Of a stretch of DNA of 44,683 bases, positions 23,454-33,998 are shown piece after piece (positions within the stretch are counted from its first letter, which is position 1; each line of letters starts with the position of its first letter). Origin of the DNA: Octopus bimaculoides (taxonomy: Eukaryota); NCBI RefSeq assembly GCF_001194135.2, contig NC_068993.1, positions 43,420,195-43,464,877 on the forward strand, in the 5' to 3' direction. A model generated the notes under the pieces. It saw only the letters and a list, made by a program, of their open reading frames with translations. It made no database searches and had not been told where the DNA came from. The position numbers were made by a program, and so were the translations under genes.

Positions 23454-24570
23454 ATATATGTATTTACCATATATGCACGTACACTGAACCGCAAAAAACA
23501 CAAAACGTGTGTGACTGAAATATGTTTTAATTTCATTATGTCAGAGATAAATTTTGATAAATCTGATAAAGTCAATTTCTTGGATGCACTTTGACTACAG
23601 TCTATGGGTCGTTGTCATCTGTTCTAGTAGTGGGTGGATCCAGCACATCGAGATTGTAGGGCATGTCATGTTCAGTACCATGTACGCCCTCCCTGGATGT
23701 TCAAAAAGCCATACACCATCGGTACATGGAGTGCATGAGGTGGTTCACAAGCCGTTGGCACCTGTTCCCACACCCTGAGGAAAGCTGCCTCCAGTTTCAC
23801 CCAAGTTGTCAGCCTTAGGACCACCTGGTTCAGCCATCTTCTGGATTTCATCCCACAGGTATTCAGTTGGGTTCATATCTGGGCTGAGAGCTGACCACAG
23901 CATGGTCCTGCTGTTGTGCTGACGCAGGAAGTCCATGGTGACTCTGGCTGTGTTCTCTCTATGTTGCTAATAATCAGGTCCTACCTGATGCGTCCAAATT
24001 ACAAATGCCAGGAATGCAGTTCAAGTTGATTTTTATACCCATAACCTCCACAAGATGCACATGCATTTTGGTTTCCATGAGAATTGTTTGCGACTGCCAC
24101 CCACAGCATTCAACACAGCTACTAAGTTGAAAGGTTTCCTGCAATTTGGGTCTCAGCCATAAACCAGCATGTCTTGGAATATCTACACTTACATCCCTGA
24201 AATAAATTTTCAGAATTTATCATATAAAAATGACATTTGAAAAAATTGCATTTCTTTTATGGTTCAGTGTGTATGGTAAATGCCATACATATATTTTTCT
24301 GTGTGTACATATATGTGCTTGCATATTTATATGTGTATGGTATATATTTCTGTATGTGTGTGTGTGTGTGTGTGTGTGTAGTAAGCATTTACATTCCACA
24401 CCAAGCTGCTTGACTGTTGATGTCATTTGTTGACATTTCCTGGTCAACAGATCATCAGAGTGAGATAAGAGCTCTCTTAAGCAACAGGAAAGGCTTCAGG
24501 CTGCAAAACATCTCTATAATATATAATCCTCTAACCCATGTATGGTAAAATGGATGTAAAGTGAATTAGT
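23241..24570 (+). mobile_element. SINE family A split by a Tc1 insertion
   Basis: Head at 23241-23400, (TG)n, then the Tc1, then a decayed type-2 tail at ~24350-24570 (TAACCCATGTATGGTAAAATGGATGTAAA). Confidence 0.65.
23482..24269 (-). mobile_element. Tc1/mariner DNA transposon, internally deleted, transposase relic
   Basis: TIRs TA|CACTGAACC..AAAA and TTTT.TGGTTCAGTG. The - strand peptide TARVTMDFLRQHNSRTMLWSALSPDMNPTEYLWDEI matches the Tc1 DD34E C-terminal motif WPxxSPDLNPIExLW. Confidence 0.92.
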
Positions 24571-24586
24571 AAATGATACTAAAATA

Positions 24587-26101
24587 CCGTAAAAACCTAT
24601 GTAATTTGCATACCTGTGTAATTTACGCAGGTGATTTCCAGGATAAAAATTGTTGAAAAAAGCTTCTGCTCATGTAAAATTCACACCCAAAAGTCTTCAG
24701 AATTGCCGATATGGCCAGGGGAAAAGGTTTTCAATTTAGTTGTATTTAGCAAAATTTCACTTGCTTATGATTAGATTTTATTAAATTTTCACTGAATAAA
24801 AATAATTTCTGTTTAACAGGTATCTTATTGAAAGCTATTAAATTACGAAGTTTTTGTGTTGTTTATAATAAACTTTTGCCCACAAGAGATTATGTCCAAT
24901 CTTTAGCATACTTCTGTATGTCTACTCAAATCACAATCACAAGAAAAGTTGTTGATAATTCTTACCAACAAAAACAAAGCTGATAAATATGCACAAGTGT
25001 TGCAAAATAAGTTTAATTACCAATAAACATCGGCTTGGATGACACTTTACTCAACCGACAGAGTAAACAAAATTCTGATTGGTCGAAAGTGTCTTCTTGT
25101 CTCAAGCTCTGATTTTCTGCCTATTCTTGTTGGAATCTTTGATGCAGAGTATCGAAATTTTAATCCCTTTCACACTTATGAAATGTCAAACAAACTTTAA
25201 ATTTGTCATTGCCATTTTAGCCAGGAGACCAAACTGATAGTTTGGTAACCCACTAACATAAACATTAAAATTCGAAAGGAAAAAATTAACAGCTTTGCAA
25301 GTTTAACTCAGTGTTTATTGAACAAGAAGGTGTGAAATTTAAGAAGCGACTTGTTAGAATATACCTGTCTGTAAGGAGACATAAACAAGAATAGCAAAAA
25401 TCTACTATACCAAAAGAACTGGTAATACATACATTACACGTGTTCTATGAAGAGAACATAAGATTGCTGCATAATTCAACATGAATGTGAAACAACATTA
25501 AACATTGTATAAGGTAAATGAAGGTTTCTGTAGGAACGCTAAGTCATATTCACTTTGTGAGTTTACATGAGCAAGGATGAATTATGATGTTGTTGTTGTT
25601 GTTGTTGTTGACATTAGATGCAGTAAGAGCTGATAGCAGCTGTGAGGAATTTCATTGCAACATGGAGAAAGCGAGCAAATAGCTTCCTGGTGCAAATGCA
25701 AACTAGACTCCTTAAGCGGAGAAAAACTAATCTATTTAAGGAAATTACTGGGCTCCATTGCGATAGGTAGAAACTCCAAGCAATGTAAAATATGGCCTGG
25801 ACCATGATTACCAGCATGAACATCAAACTTCAAAAAGTAGTTAACCATTTAATGGTTCTAGTAAATTTATACAGAAAAAGTAAGCATTATACTGTCCAGC
25901 ATAGATAAAAGTCAATTTCATTATATTTTCTCTGTAAAAACCTGTTCTGACATTAAATGAGTCAACTTCCCGCACGTCATTTTTCAACAAAAATTTTTTT
26001 TTTAAATTCTGGAAATGATCTACTCATGTAATTTATGCACTCCCTAAAGTTTATTTTTGTTTTTGCGAAAAAGAAGTGCATAAATTACATGGGTTTTGCA
26101 G
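24587..26101 (+). mobile_element. pogo/Tc2-like DNA transposon, decayed and internally deleted
   Basis: Left end TA|CCGTAAAAACCTATGTAATTTGCATAC; the right end reads in reverse complement CTGCAAAACCCATGTAATTTATGCAC. There is further subterminal inverted similarity (ATTTCCAG..AAAA..TGTTGAAAA). The relic peptide at ~25630-25790, AAVRNF..IATWRKRANSFL...GLHCDR*KLQAM, resembles a Brinker/CENP-B-type pogo N-terminus (recognised from memory). Confidence 0.6.
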
Positions 26102-26491
26102 TTTATAAATGCCTCTCAATATAATTTGTTGACGTTATTCACAAAGTGCACCAAAATATAAAAGGAAAAAGTTTGTTTTGGAGACACCTTTGTTAAATAT
26201 GATATAGAGGTAATTGTAATTTTTTATAAAATGCTTTGTTTAATTTTGTGGTGTCTTGAGAGGGTCATTATGCTAATAATAAAATTCACACACACACACT
26301 GGTTCTATTTTACTTCGTTATTATTTATCTGTCAATTGGTAAACTATTAACCAATTTACTGTTTAATTAATCATTCTGTCAGTAATGAAAGAAGTGAAAT
26401 AGAATCAATGCTTGTGTTTATTCTTGGCATAATGACCCTCCTGAGATAACAAAATTATGCTTGAACATATAATTTCACATAAAGAACCTAG

Positions 26492-26626
26492 CAAACCAAA
26501 TCCACAACCAAAATATAACTAAATGACATCTTTTTCTTATTTTATTTTAGGTAAGTTTGATTCAACATTCTTCCTTCTGAATTTACTGTGAATTTACAAC
26601 ATTATTGGCTTGAATAAAAGGTAAGA
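26492..26626 (+). promoter_or_regulatory. Candidate recursive splice site (ratchet point) with 70-nt RS-exon (26551-26620)
   Basis: No AG between 26492 and 26548, TGAC branch-like motif at 26524-26527, then CATCTTTTTCTTATTTTATTTTAG|GTAAGT. A second donor AAG|GTAAGA follows at 26621. The 70 nt contain stops in all three frames. Confidence 0.55.
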
Positions 26627-26782
26627 AGAATTAAATAAAGCTAGTTTTTCAGGAAACCATGTATGATGCAAAACCTTGGGGTTTAATGATGGGTGGCACC
26701 TTACTGGGTGTTAAGTAAATATGGTTGTAAGTAATTGTATTGTGAAGCAACACTTAGGTAAGATACTGTGGTATCAGTCAAC

Positions 26783-27106
26783 TTAAAGACTAGACTGTGG
26801 ATTAAAGATGAGACTGGATTAAGGACAAGACTGAGAATTAAAGACGAAACTATGAGTCAAAGACTAGACTGATGACAAAAGATGAGACTGTAGATTAAAG
26901 ACTAGACTGAATTACAGACTAGACTGTGGATTAAAGACTAGACTGATGATGAAAGATGAGACTGTAGATTAAAGACTAGACTGAATTACAGACGAGACTG
27001 TAGATTAAAGACTTGACTATGGATTAAAGACTAGACTGGATTAAAGATTTGACTGTGGATTAAAGACTAGACTGGATTAAAGACTAGACTGGATTAAAGA
27101 CTAGAC
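26783..27106. repeat. Minisatellite, 17-20 bp unit (G/TG)GATTAAAGACTAGACT
   Basis: About 17 units visible, including a ~75-bp higher-order duplication. Confidence 0.95.
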
Positions 27107-27653
27107 CAATGATAATTAGCAACAATCTTCATTAGTTGTGATTCATTGGCATTTGTCTGCCTTAAAAGTTAACAACACCATTGTGTGTGTGTGTGTATGG
27201 CTGGGTGTAGCCAGTTTCACATAACATTTACTACTGTTCCTGGTTCCTGCTTTATGTACTTATTCAGTGAAGTCCAGGACTGGTAGATGTTATTATAGTT
27301 TATGTATGTAAACAATTTGTACTGTTTTGATACAGATGTCGTTCTCTCTCTCTTTCTCTCTCTCTCTGCTACATACAATCTTTCTTTTCTTCATATTTTT
27401 GCTCTTCTCTGTTCACACTGCCTCATACTGGCCCAAACAACACACTTCCATCTGCTACTAAAGATTCCAAACACACATACATATATATATATAATCTGGT
27501 TGTTATGATATAACATTTAAATTCTAAGTTATTATCTGTCAATTACTTACTTCTTAGAATCACACCCTGTCATCTGTTAGCTGTTTGTTGACCTCAGTAA
27601 GCAACAAAATTCATTTAACACCAATGAAAATTCCTCCTAGAGACAAAGTTACC

Positions 27654-27698
<45 letters not shown>

Positions 27699-27946
27699 AT
27701 GATTACTAGTTCCTGTTGCATTTCTATCAATTTGTCTTGAGAGACTATGATTACATAAAGTTTTAATTGGGAGGATGTTTTTTATTGTTGGTCTTTTTAA
27801 ATTGTGTTACTTAAATTCTTTTTCTGTTTTATTACAAATATATCAGTAAAAAAAACAGGCTTTTGTCTGTGACAAATTTAGTTTGTGGAATAAAAATGTA
27901 GTTGAAGGAATTTCTAGGTATCAGAAAAGTTTCAAATAGCCTTTAT

Positions 27947-28338
27947 AGGTGCAGGCATGGCTGTGTGGTTGAGAAGTCTGCTTACTAACCATATAATTTT
28001 AGATTCAGTCCCACCATACCACAAATTGGGCAAATGTCTTCTACTACAGCCCTGGGCCAACTAAAATCTTGTGATTGGATTTGGTAGACAGAAATGTATG
28101 TGTGTGTGTGTGTACCCTTGTCTTGGCATCACATAATGGTTACAAATGAGCATCATCATATGAGTGATATTGTTCATTTCCAGTCTTCCATGGGAAACAT
28201 TTCTGGCTATGAGACATGTTAACTTGCTTGGAAATAGGTGGGGGTTGGTGACTGGAAGAGCATCAGGCTGAAGAAAATTTTCCTCAGCAAATTCCATCCA
28301 ACCCATGCAAGTGGACATTAAATGTTGATGATGATGAT
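27947..28338 (+). mobile_element. SINE family A with tail type 2
   Basis: Head AGGTGCAGGCATGGCTGTGTGG, ending CCAACCCATGCAAGTGGACATTAAATGTTGATGATGATGAT. Confidence 0.88.
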
Positions 28339-28734
28339 ATCAAGCTAAACGGGTCTCACTAGCTTGGCAGGCACTATACAGATCATGAATGTGTCTTATC
28401 CACCACTGACAAATTATACAATGTGGACTGGAGCACAACACTGTCCTTGGACTTATCAAATATTTGTCTCTCTGTCCAACTCATGGTGACATGGAAGGCA
28501 AACATAAAATGATGATGATGATCTCACTTATTTAAGAGTTTGTGCAACTTATTAAAGAGGGTTAGAAGAGGTCATTTTGAACCATAAAGCTTCTATCATA
28601 TGTAGGATCCATTCTGGATAAAGTCTGATATTCTAGTGAATATTTTGCTTCCCTTTGCCCCCTCCCCCCCATGCTTGTTTCCTCCTCACCATCTGAAGCT
28701 CCAATTATGAGTGAACCTACTGTACCACAGAATA

Positions 28735-29110
28735 TAAGCTTTTATCTTTTACTTGTTTCAGCCATTTGACTCTGGTCATGCTGGAGCACCACTTGAAGAG
28801 TTTTAGTTGAATAAATTGACCTCAGTACTTAAGCTGTTTTAAAGTCTGATACATATTCTATTAGTCTGTTTCAGTAAACAGCTATGTTATAAGGACATAA
28901 ATAAATCAACACTAGTTGTCAAGTGGTTAGGAAAGTGGCATGACAAACACAGACAATAAAGATGCATATATACATAAAATAGGTTTCCACACAGTTTCCA
29001 TCTACCAAATTCACTCACAAGACATTAATCAATTAGGGCCTGTAGTAGCAGACACTTCCTTGAAAATATGTGGTTGCAAAGCATGCTTCTTAACCAACCA
29101 CACTGCTTTT
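28735..29110 (-). mobile_element. SINE family A with tail type 1
   Basis: The tail TTTTACTTGTTTCAGCCATTTGAC..CCATGCTGGAGCACC is the reverse complement of the 32219 tail. Head at 28985-29110. Confidence 0.82.
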
Positions 29111-29339
29111 GCCAAATACCATAAATCTTCAGGCTTCTTAGGAATGTCTCTCACTGATTCTTTAATCTTTTGTTAGGACAATTTCCTCAGTGTCATTTAC
29201 TATATATATACACACACACATGCATATATGTACACATGCACACACATATATGTATACACATACATATATATGATACATATACACACATGTACACATACAT
29301 CTGTGTGTGTATGTATGTACACATATATATCTGCGTACA

Positions 29340-29371
<32 letters not shown>

Positions 29372-29853
29372 GTATACCTACATACACACATGCACACACA
29401 CACACACGTATATAGTGTTACCTATTAGACATATGAATAAGATATTCAGTTCATATACAGTCCTATATTTTTCTCTGACAGTCTATCAATGTAATGAATG
29501 CTTACCAATACAATAGGAAGAATACAGATTCTCATAGTTGCTATATTCCATATTCTGGGACAATCTATTATAACAATCACCCCCACTGTTTACATACCCG
29601 TTTCTGCTGCATTCTTCTAATCTTAAAAACCATTGATGTTTTCCTAAACAGGAAATGAGAGAGAGCCATTGGTGAATTTCTTTACTCCGTATCTTCGATA
29701 TGCTATTGTAAATGAGAAAGAAGAAAAATCCAGACTGATATTTTGTTTTTCATTTGGCAATATATATGTAAATGTGTGCATATAATAAATAAATAAATAT
29801 ATATATATATGCACACACATGTGTTTGTTTATATGTATGTATTCATATGTGTG

Positions 29854-29920
<67 letters not shown>

Positions 29921-30654
29921 GTGATATAATATAAATATATATATGTATATATAATATGAGATCTTGTCATAGTAGTAACGGGCAAATGACATATATACCT
30001 ACTTTAGCTTTCAATTGCACCAACTAACTATTTCTTTTCATCCAACTGAATAATGAATTGGAATTCAACTTGCTTTCTTTCGTTTTTCTTTTTTGTCATT
30101 TTTCTTAAATATATTCTTCTACAAAAGAGAAGAAAAAACAACAAAATAGTGAGTCACTGATGAGATATTATTGGCAGAAAAGATAACAATTCTTTGTAAT
30201 GGACTTCCATTGCTAAACATGTCTGCATTAATTTTAGTGTTCATCACATACTTATATATTTATATCTATAAGATTCTGAGGTATTTTAATAGCTTCACAG
30301 AAGTGTTATGTTGGTACACTTAAAATTCAGCAATATTGAAAGTACCTATTAAATTGGCTATTCTTCTAATAGACCTTCAGGGATATATAAATGCTTATTT
30401 ATTATCAAATGCTGCCCTACTTTTAACTCTTTAAACAATGTCATTGCATAGCTTTAACATCTGCATAATTAACAATAGCTTTCATACTTCTATGTATTAT
30501 ATCATATAAAAGGCTTCAATGCTATGAAATATGCAGCGTTATGAAATTATATTGTAGACACCTGTGTAACATCTAAAGATCCATCAGAGACGCAGTAACA
30601 GAAGTAATTAGGCAGAACGGAATTTGAACTAATTGGTTTTAATTATCTGAAATT

Positions 30655-30820
30655 AGGTGCAGGCATGGTTGTATGGCTAAAAAGTTTGCTTCCCAACCAT
30701 CTAGTTTCTGGTTCAGTCCCACTGTATGGAGCCTTGGGTGAGTGTCTTATGCTATAGCCCAAGGCCTGTCAAAGCCTTATGAGTGGATTTGTTAGATAGA
30801 AACTGAAAGAAGCTTGTAGT
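30655..30820 (+). mobile_element. SINE family A head
   Basis: AGGTGCAGGCATGGTTGTATGG...GGTTCAGTCCCACTG...AAAGCCTTATGAGTGGATTTG. Confidence 0.88.
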
Positions 30821-30841
30821 ACATATATGTAAATATATTTT

Positions 30842-31165
30842 GAAGGCACATGGCCTAGTGGTTAGTGTTGTGCTCGTAATCACTAGATAGTGGGTTTGAT
30901 TCTCAGACAAGACGATGCATTGTATTCTTAAGCAAAACTCTTCATTTCACCTTGCTCTGTGATCATTTTGATGTCTGACACATAGCACACTTGTACACCT
31001 GCACAAGCAATATCAGTTTGATGTCAGGAGTGAACTTATGTAAACGCAAACATTTGATTATTAATGAGTAGGTAGTTCCATTCATCAAACAACTCATCTG
31101 TGTGGTTGTTCTGCAAGAAATTGCAAAATCCTCATCCATTGTTTAATGACAGGAGAGTCTATATA
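30842..31165 (+). mobile_element. tRNA-headed SINE related to the family D head, with a different body
   Basis: GAAGGCACATGGCCTAGTGGTTAG...GGGTTTGATTCTC...TGTATTCTTAAGCAAAAC. The body motif TTAATGAGTAG..TTCCATT.ATCAAACAACT recurs at ~35210. Confidence 0.65.
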
Positions 31166-32218
31166 TTATATCAACAGATAGATACATGTGTGTGTTTACA
31201 TGAATGAGTTCATGCTTCTCTCATCTACACATGATTGTTGACAATGGCTTTGCTAATTGTGTCATTTTCTTGCAGCCTTTGTAAACAAAAGGCTTGTTCA
31301 TACAGTGTTGTTTTGTTGTTCAGTAAATAGATTGTGAGATTATTACTTTGCTTGGAGACTGATGGAGATTGACATCATGAAAGATAGCTCTTTCATGATG
31401 TCAAAAGAAAACTCCACCTCATCCTAGTTCATCCAAGCATGGAAAAGCAAACATTAAGGCAATGATGTAGACTTGAAATCTTTATTCTTTTCTTATTTCA
31501 TGTTATATTGAGCTCTTTAGGTATCACATCATTGCCACATATATTAATAGAATAATTTATAAGGTGGTAAAACTGGCAATCATCAGAGTGTTGAACAGAA
31601 TGCTCTGCAGCATTTGAGAGAAGCCTGCATCAGCACAATGACTGGTACAGCCCCCACTCTCCCTCCTGCTCTCACATTTTGGATTTTCTGTTGGATCATG
31701 GATAAGAGTAGGTGCTGAGATGATATCTATGTCAGCTTGCAAGTATACAGACACCTAAAATAATTAACAAAAGCATGGAACATTCTCTGAGGTCACACTT
31801 GCCTGTGAGTGTTGGCTATGGTCAATATGCCAAAAGGAGAATGTAACTTGTGAAAACATACACTAATTTGAATAACATTTGTTAAAATATTCATTCATTT
31901 ATTGCTGGTAACATATCTAATTATTTCAATCAACAAGACTACTTCCGTCACTTCAAATAGCAGAGGGGTTGGAGTAGCATAAAGAAACAATAGCAACATG
32001 ATTATAAGAGGATGCTTGTACATATTGATCTTTGGCTCACTGTGGTTATAGTGGAAGATTGTTCATGCTCACAATCACTGACAATATGTACTTTCTGTGA
32101 AACAACAGACAAGCTTCTGTGTTGTCACTTGACTTGCTAAAAGTAGCGGCTATATTTCTCACATCACACACACCCAAATGTCTTAAATAAGAAATTGACT
32201 CGTATGATATATAAGTCA

Positions 32219-32376
32219 GGCATAGGAGTGGCTGTGTGGTAAGTAGCTTGCTTACCAACCACATGATTCCGGGTTACCAACCACATGGCACCTTGGGCAA
32301 GTGTCTTCTACTATAGCCTTGGGCCGACCAAAGCCTTGTGAGTGGATTTGGTTGACGGAAACTGAAAAAAGCCCAT

Positions 32377-32424
<48 letters not shown>

Positions 32425-32632
32425 TGTGTGCCTGTGTTTGTCCCCCCAACATCGCTTGACAACCGATGCTGGTGTGTATATGTCCCCGTAACTTAGCAGT
32501 TCAGCAAAAGAGACTGATAGAATAAGTACTAGGCTAACAAAGAATAAGTCCTGGGGTCGATTTGTTTAACTAAAGGCGATGCTCCAGCATGGCCACAGTC
32601 AAATGACTGAAACAAGTAAAAGAGTAAAAGAG
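32219..32632 (+). mobile_element. SINE family A, best-preserved copy (tail type 1)
   Basis: Retains many CpGs, has an internal (TA)n and an (AGTAAAAG) tail. The B-box is replaced by a 14-bp local duplication. Confidence 0.92.
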
Positions 32633-33478
32633 AATATATCCTACATACTTCTAAATGTTAATGGAGTAGTCATAGTGAGAATATCTTTGCTCATAGGCCT
32701 GTGCAATCAAGGTTGAACTGGTGCTAAAAATCAAAAATTACATACACTTGATCAATATTTACAGTTACCAACTTAAGAGGGTGGATTGGCAGAACAGTAA
32801 GAACATTGGACCAGATAACTTATTGTATTTGTTTAGACTCTTTGCATTCTGTGTTCAAATCCCATCTTGGTTCACCTCAGTGGTAGACATAACATAACCT
32901 ATTGGTCAGTTTAACACTATTTGGCATCTTAAGTGCCTGTAACAGAATCCACTTTGATACAAGCATTCAGACCATGATTCTAGTTTGAGGATACCTTCCT
33001 TCCCTCCCTCCGTTTACCAAAGCAGACATTGGTACATGACAAGTCGTCCAACTCGTGATATCCTGTCAAATTGTCCAACCCATGCCAGCATGGAAGACAC
33101 ACATTTGATGGTGGTGATGATGATGCTATTGTTGTCATCTCTACCAATAACATACACTTGTGACATTTTCATTCTCTATTAGTGACTTCCATTCTCTGAA
33201 GTCTCTAAAATATGTTTCCAGCCCTTAGGAAAAGCCTGATGTGTTGTACTATCAGAGTGATCCTGAAGCTCTTTCTTCATAGTCTATGTATCGGTTTCAT
33301 CAATATAAAGTAACTTCAATTTATCCACATATGGGCTTCTTTTAGCCACATTATTCTTAGCTGAACTCGAATTTGCCAGTATCAAAAATATCTTCTGTTG
33401 GTGTGAAAATTCGAAGAAACTATCCCATTAATCCTTCATGTTTTCAATCATCAGATCATATTTGCATCAGGTACTTAC

Positions 33479-33572
33479 CACCACTTGAGTGAACCAACTC
33501 TAATGTTGACATTACAACTGGATGCTCACTATTTTCAAAGACATGTGGAATAAAAAGATCTTTTTTTTTTAA
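33479..33572 (-). CDS. Candidate internal exon (LKKKDLFIPHVFENSEHPVVMSTLELVHSSG), product unknown
   Basis: Acceptor CTCTTATTTGTTTTTCAG|, donor GTG|GTAAGT, 94 nt, single open frame. The acceptor lies in antisense SINE-tail sequence, so it may be fortuitous. Confidence 0.3.
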
Positions 33573-33744
33573 CTGAAAAACAAATAAGAGTTGGTGACAG
33601 GAAGAGTATCTGACTTTAAAAATCCTGCCTCTAATAAATCTCACATCAAAAACTTTTAGCTTTGCTAGAAAAATGTGTGCTAAATGAACAAACATACTTT
33701 TTCTTAGTTAAATTTTTGCAGTACTATTTTGCTAGTTGTCACTG

Positions 33745-33916
33745 TAATGCACACACACGCAAACTTTATATAGCTGGACCTATAACACACATACACTAGC
33801 TTTATGTAGTGTACCTATAACACACACACACACTAGTTTTATATAGCTGTTAATACAATACATATGCACACACACACACACTTTAGCTTTACGGTGACAT
33901 CTTGCTCATTAGAGCT

Positions 33917-33953
<37 letters not shown>

Positions 33954-33998
33954 TAGCTTTATATATTTGTAGTTGTAGCACACACACCAGCTTTACAT
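33745..33998. repeat. Degenerate minisatellite: (CA)n + TAGCTTTATATAGCTG-like unit
   Basis: The motif recurs about six times between CA runs. Confidence 0.75.

Noticed and set aside
26783-27106. Possible CRISPR-like array
   Set aside because: The units are contiguous with no unique spacers, there are no cas genes, and the context is eukaryotic.
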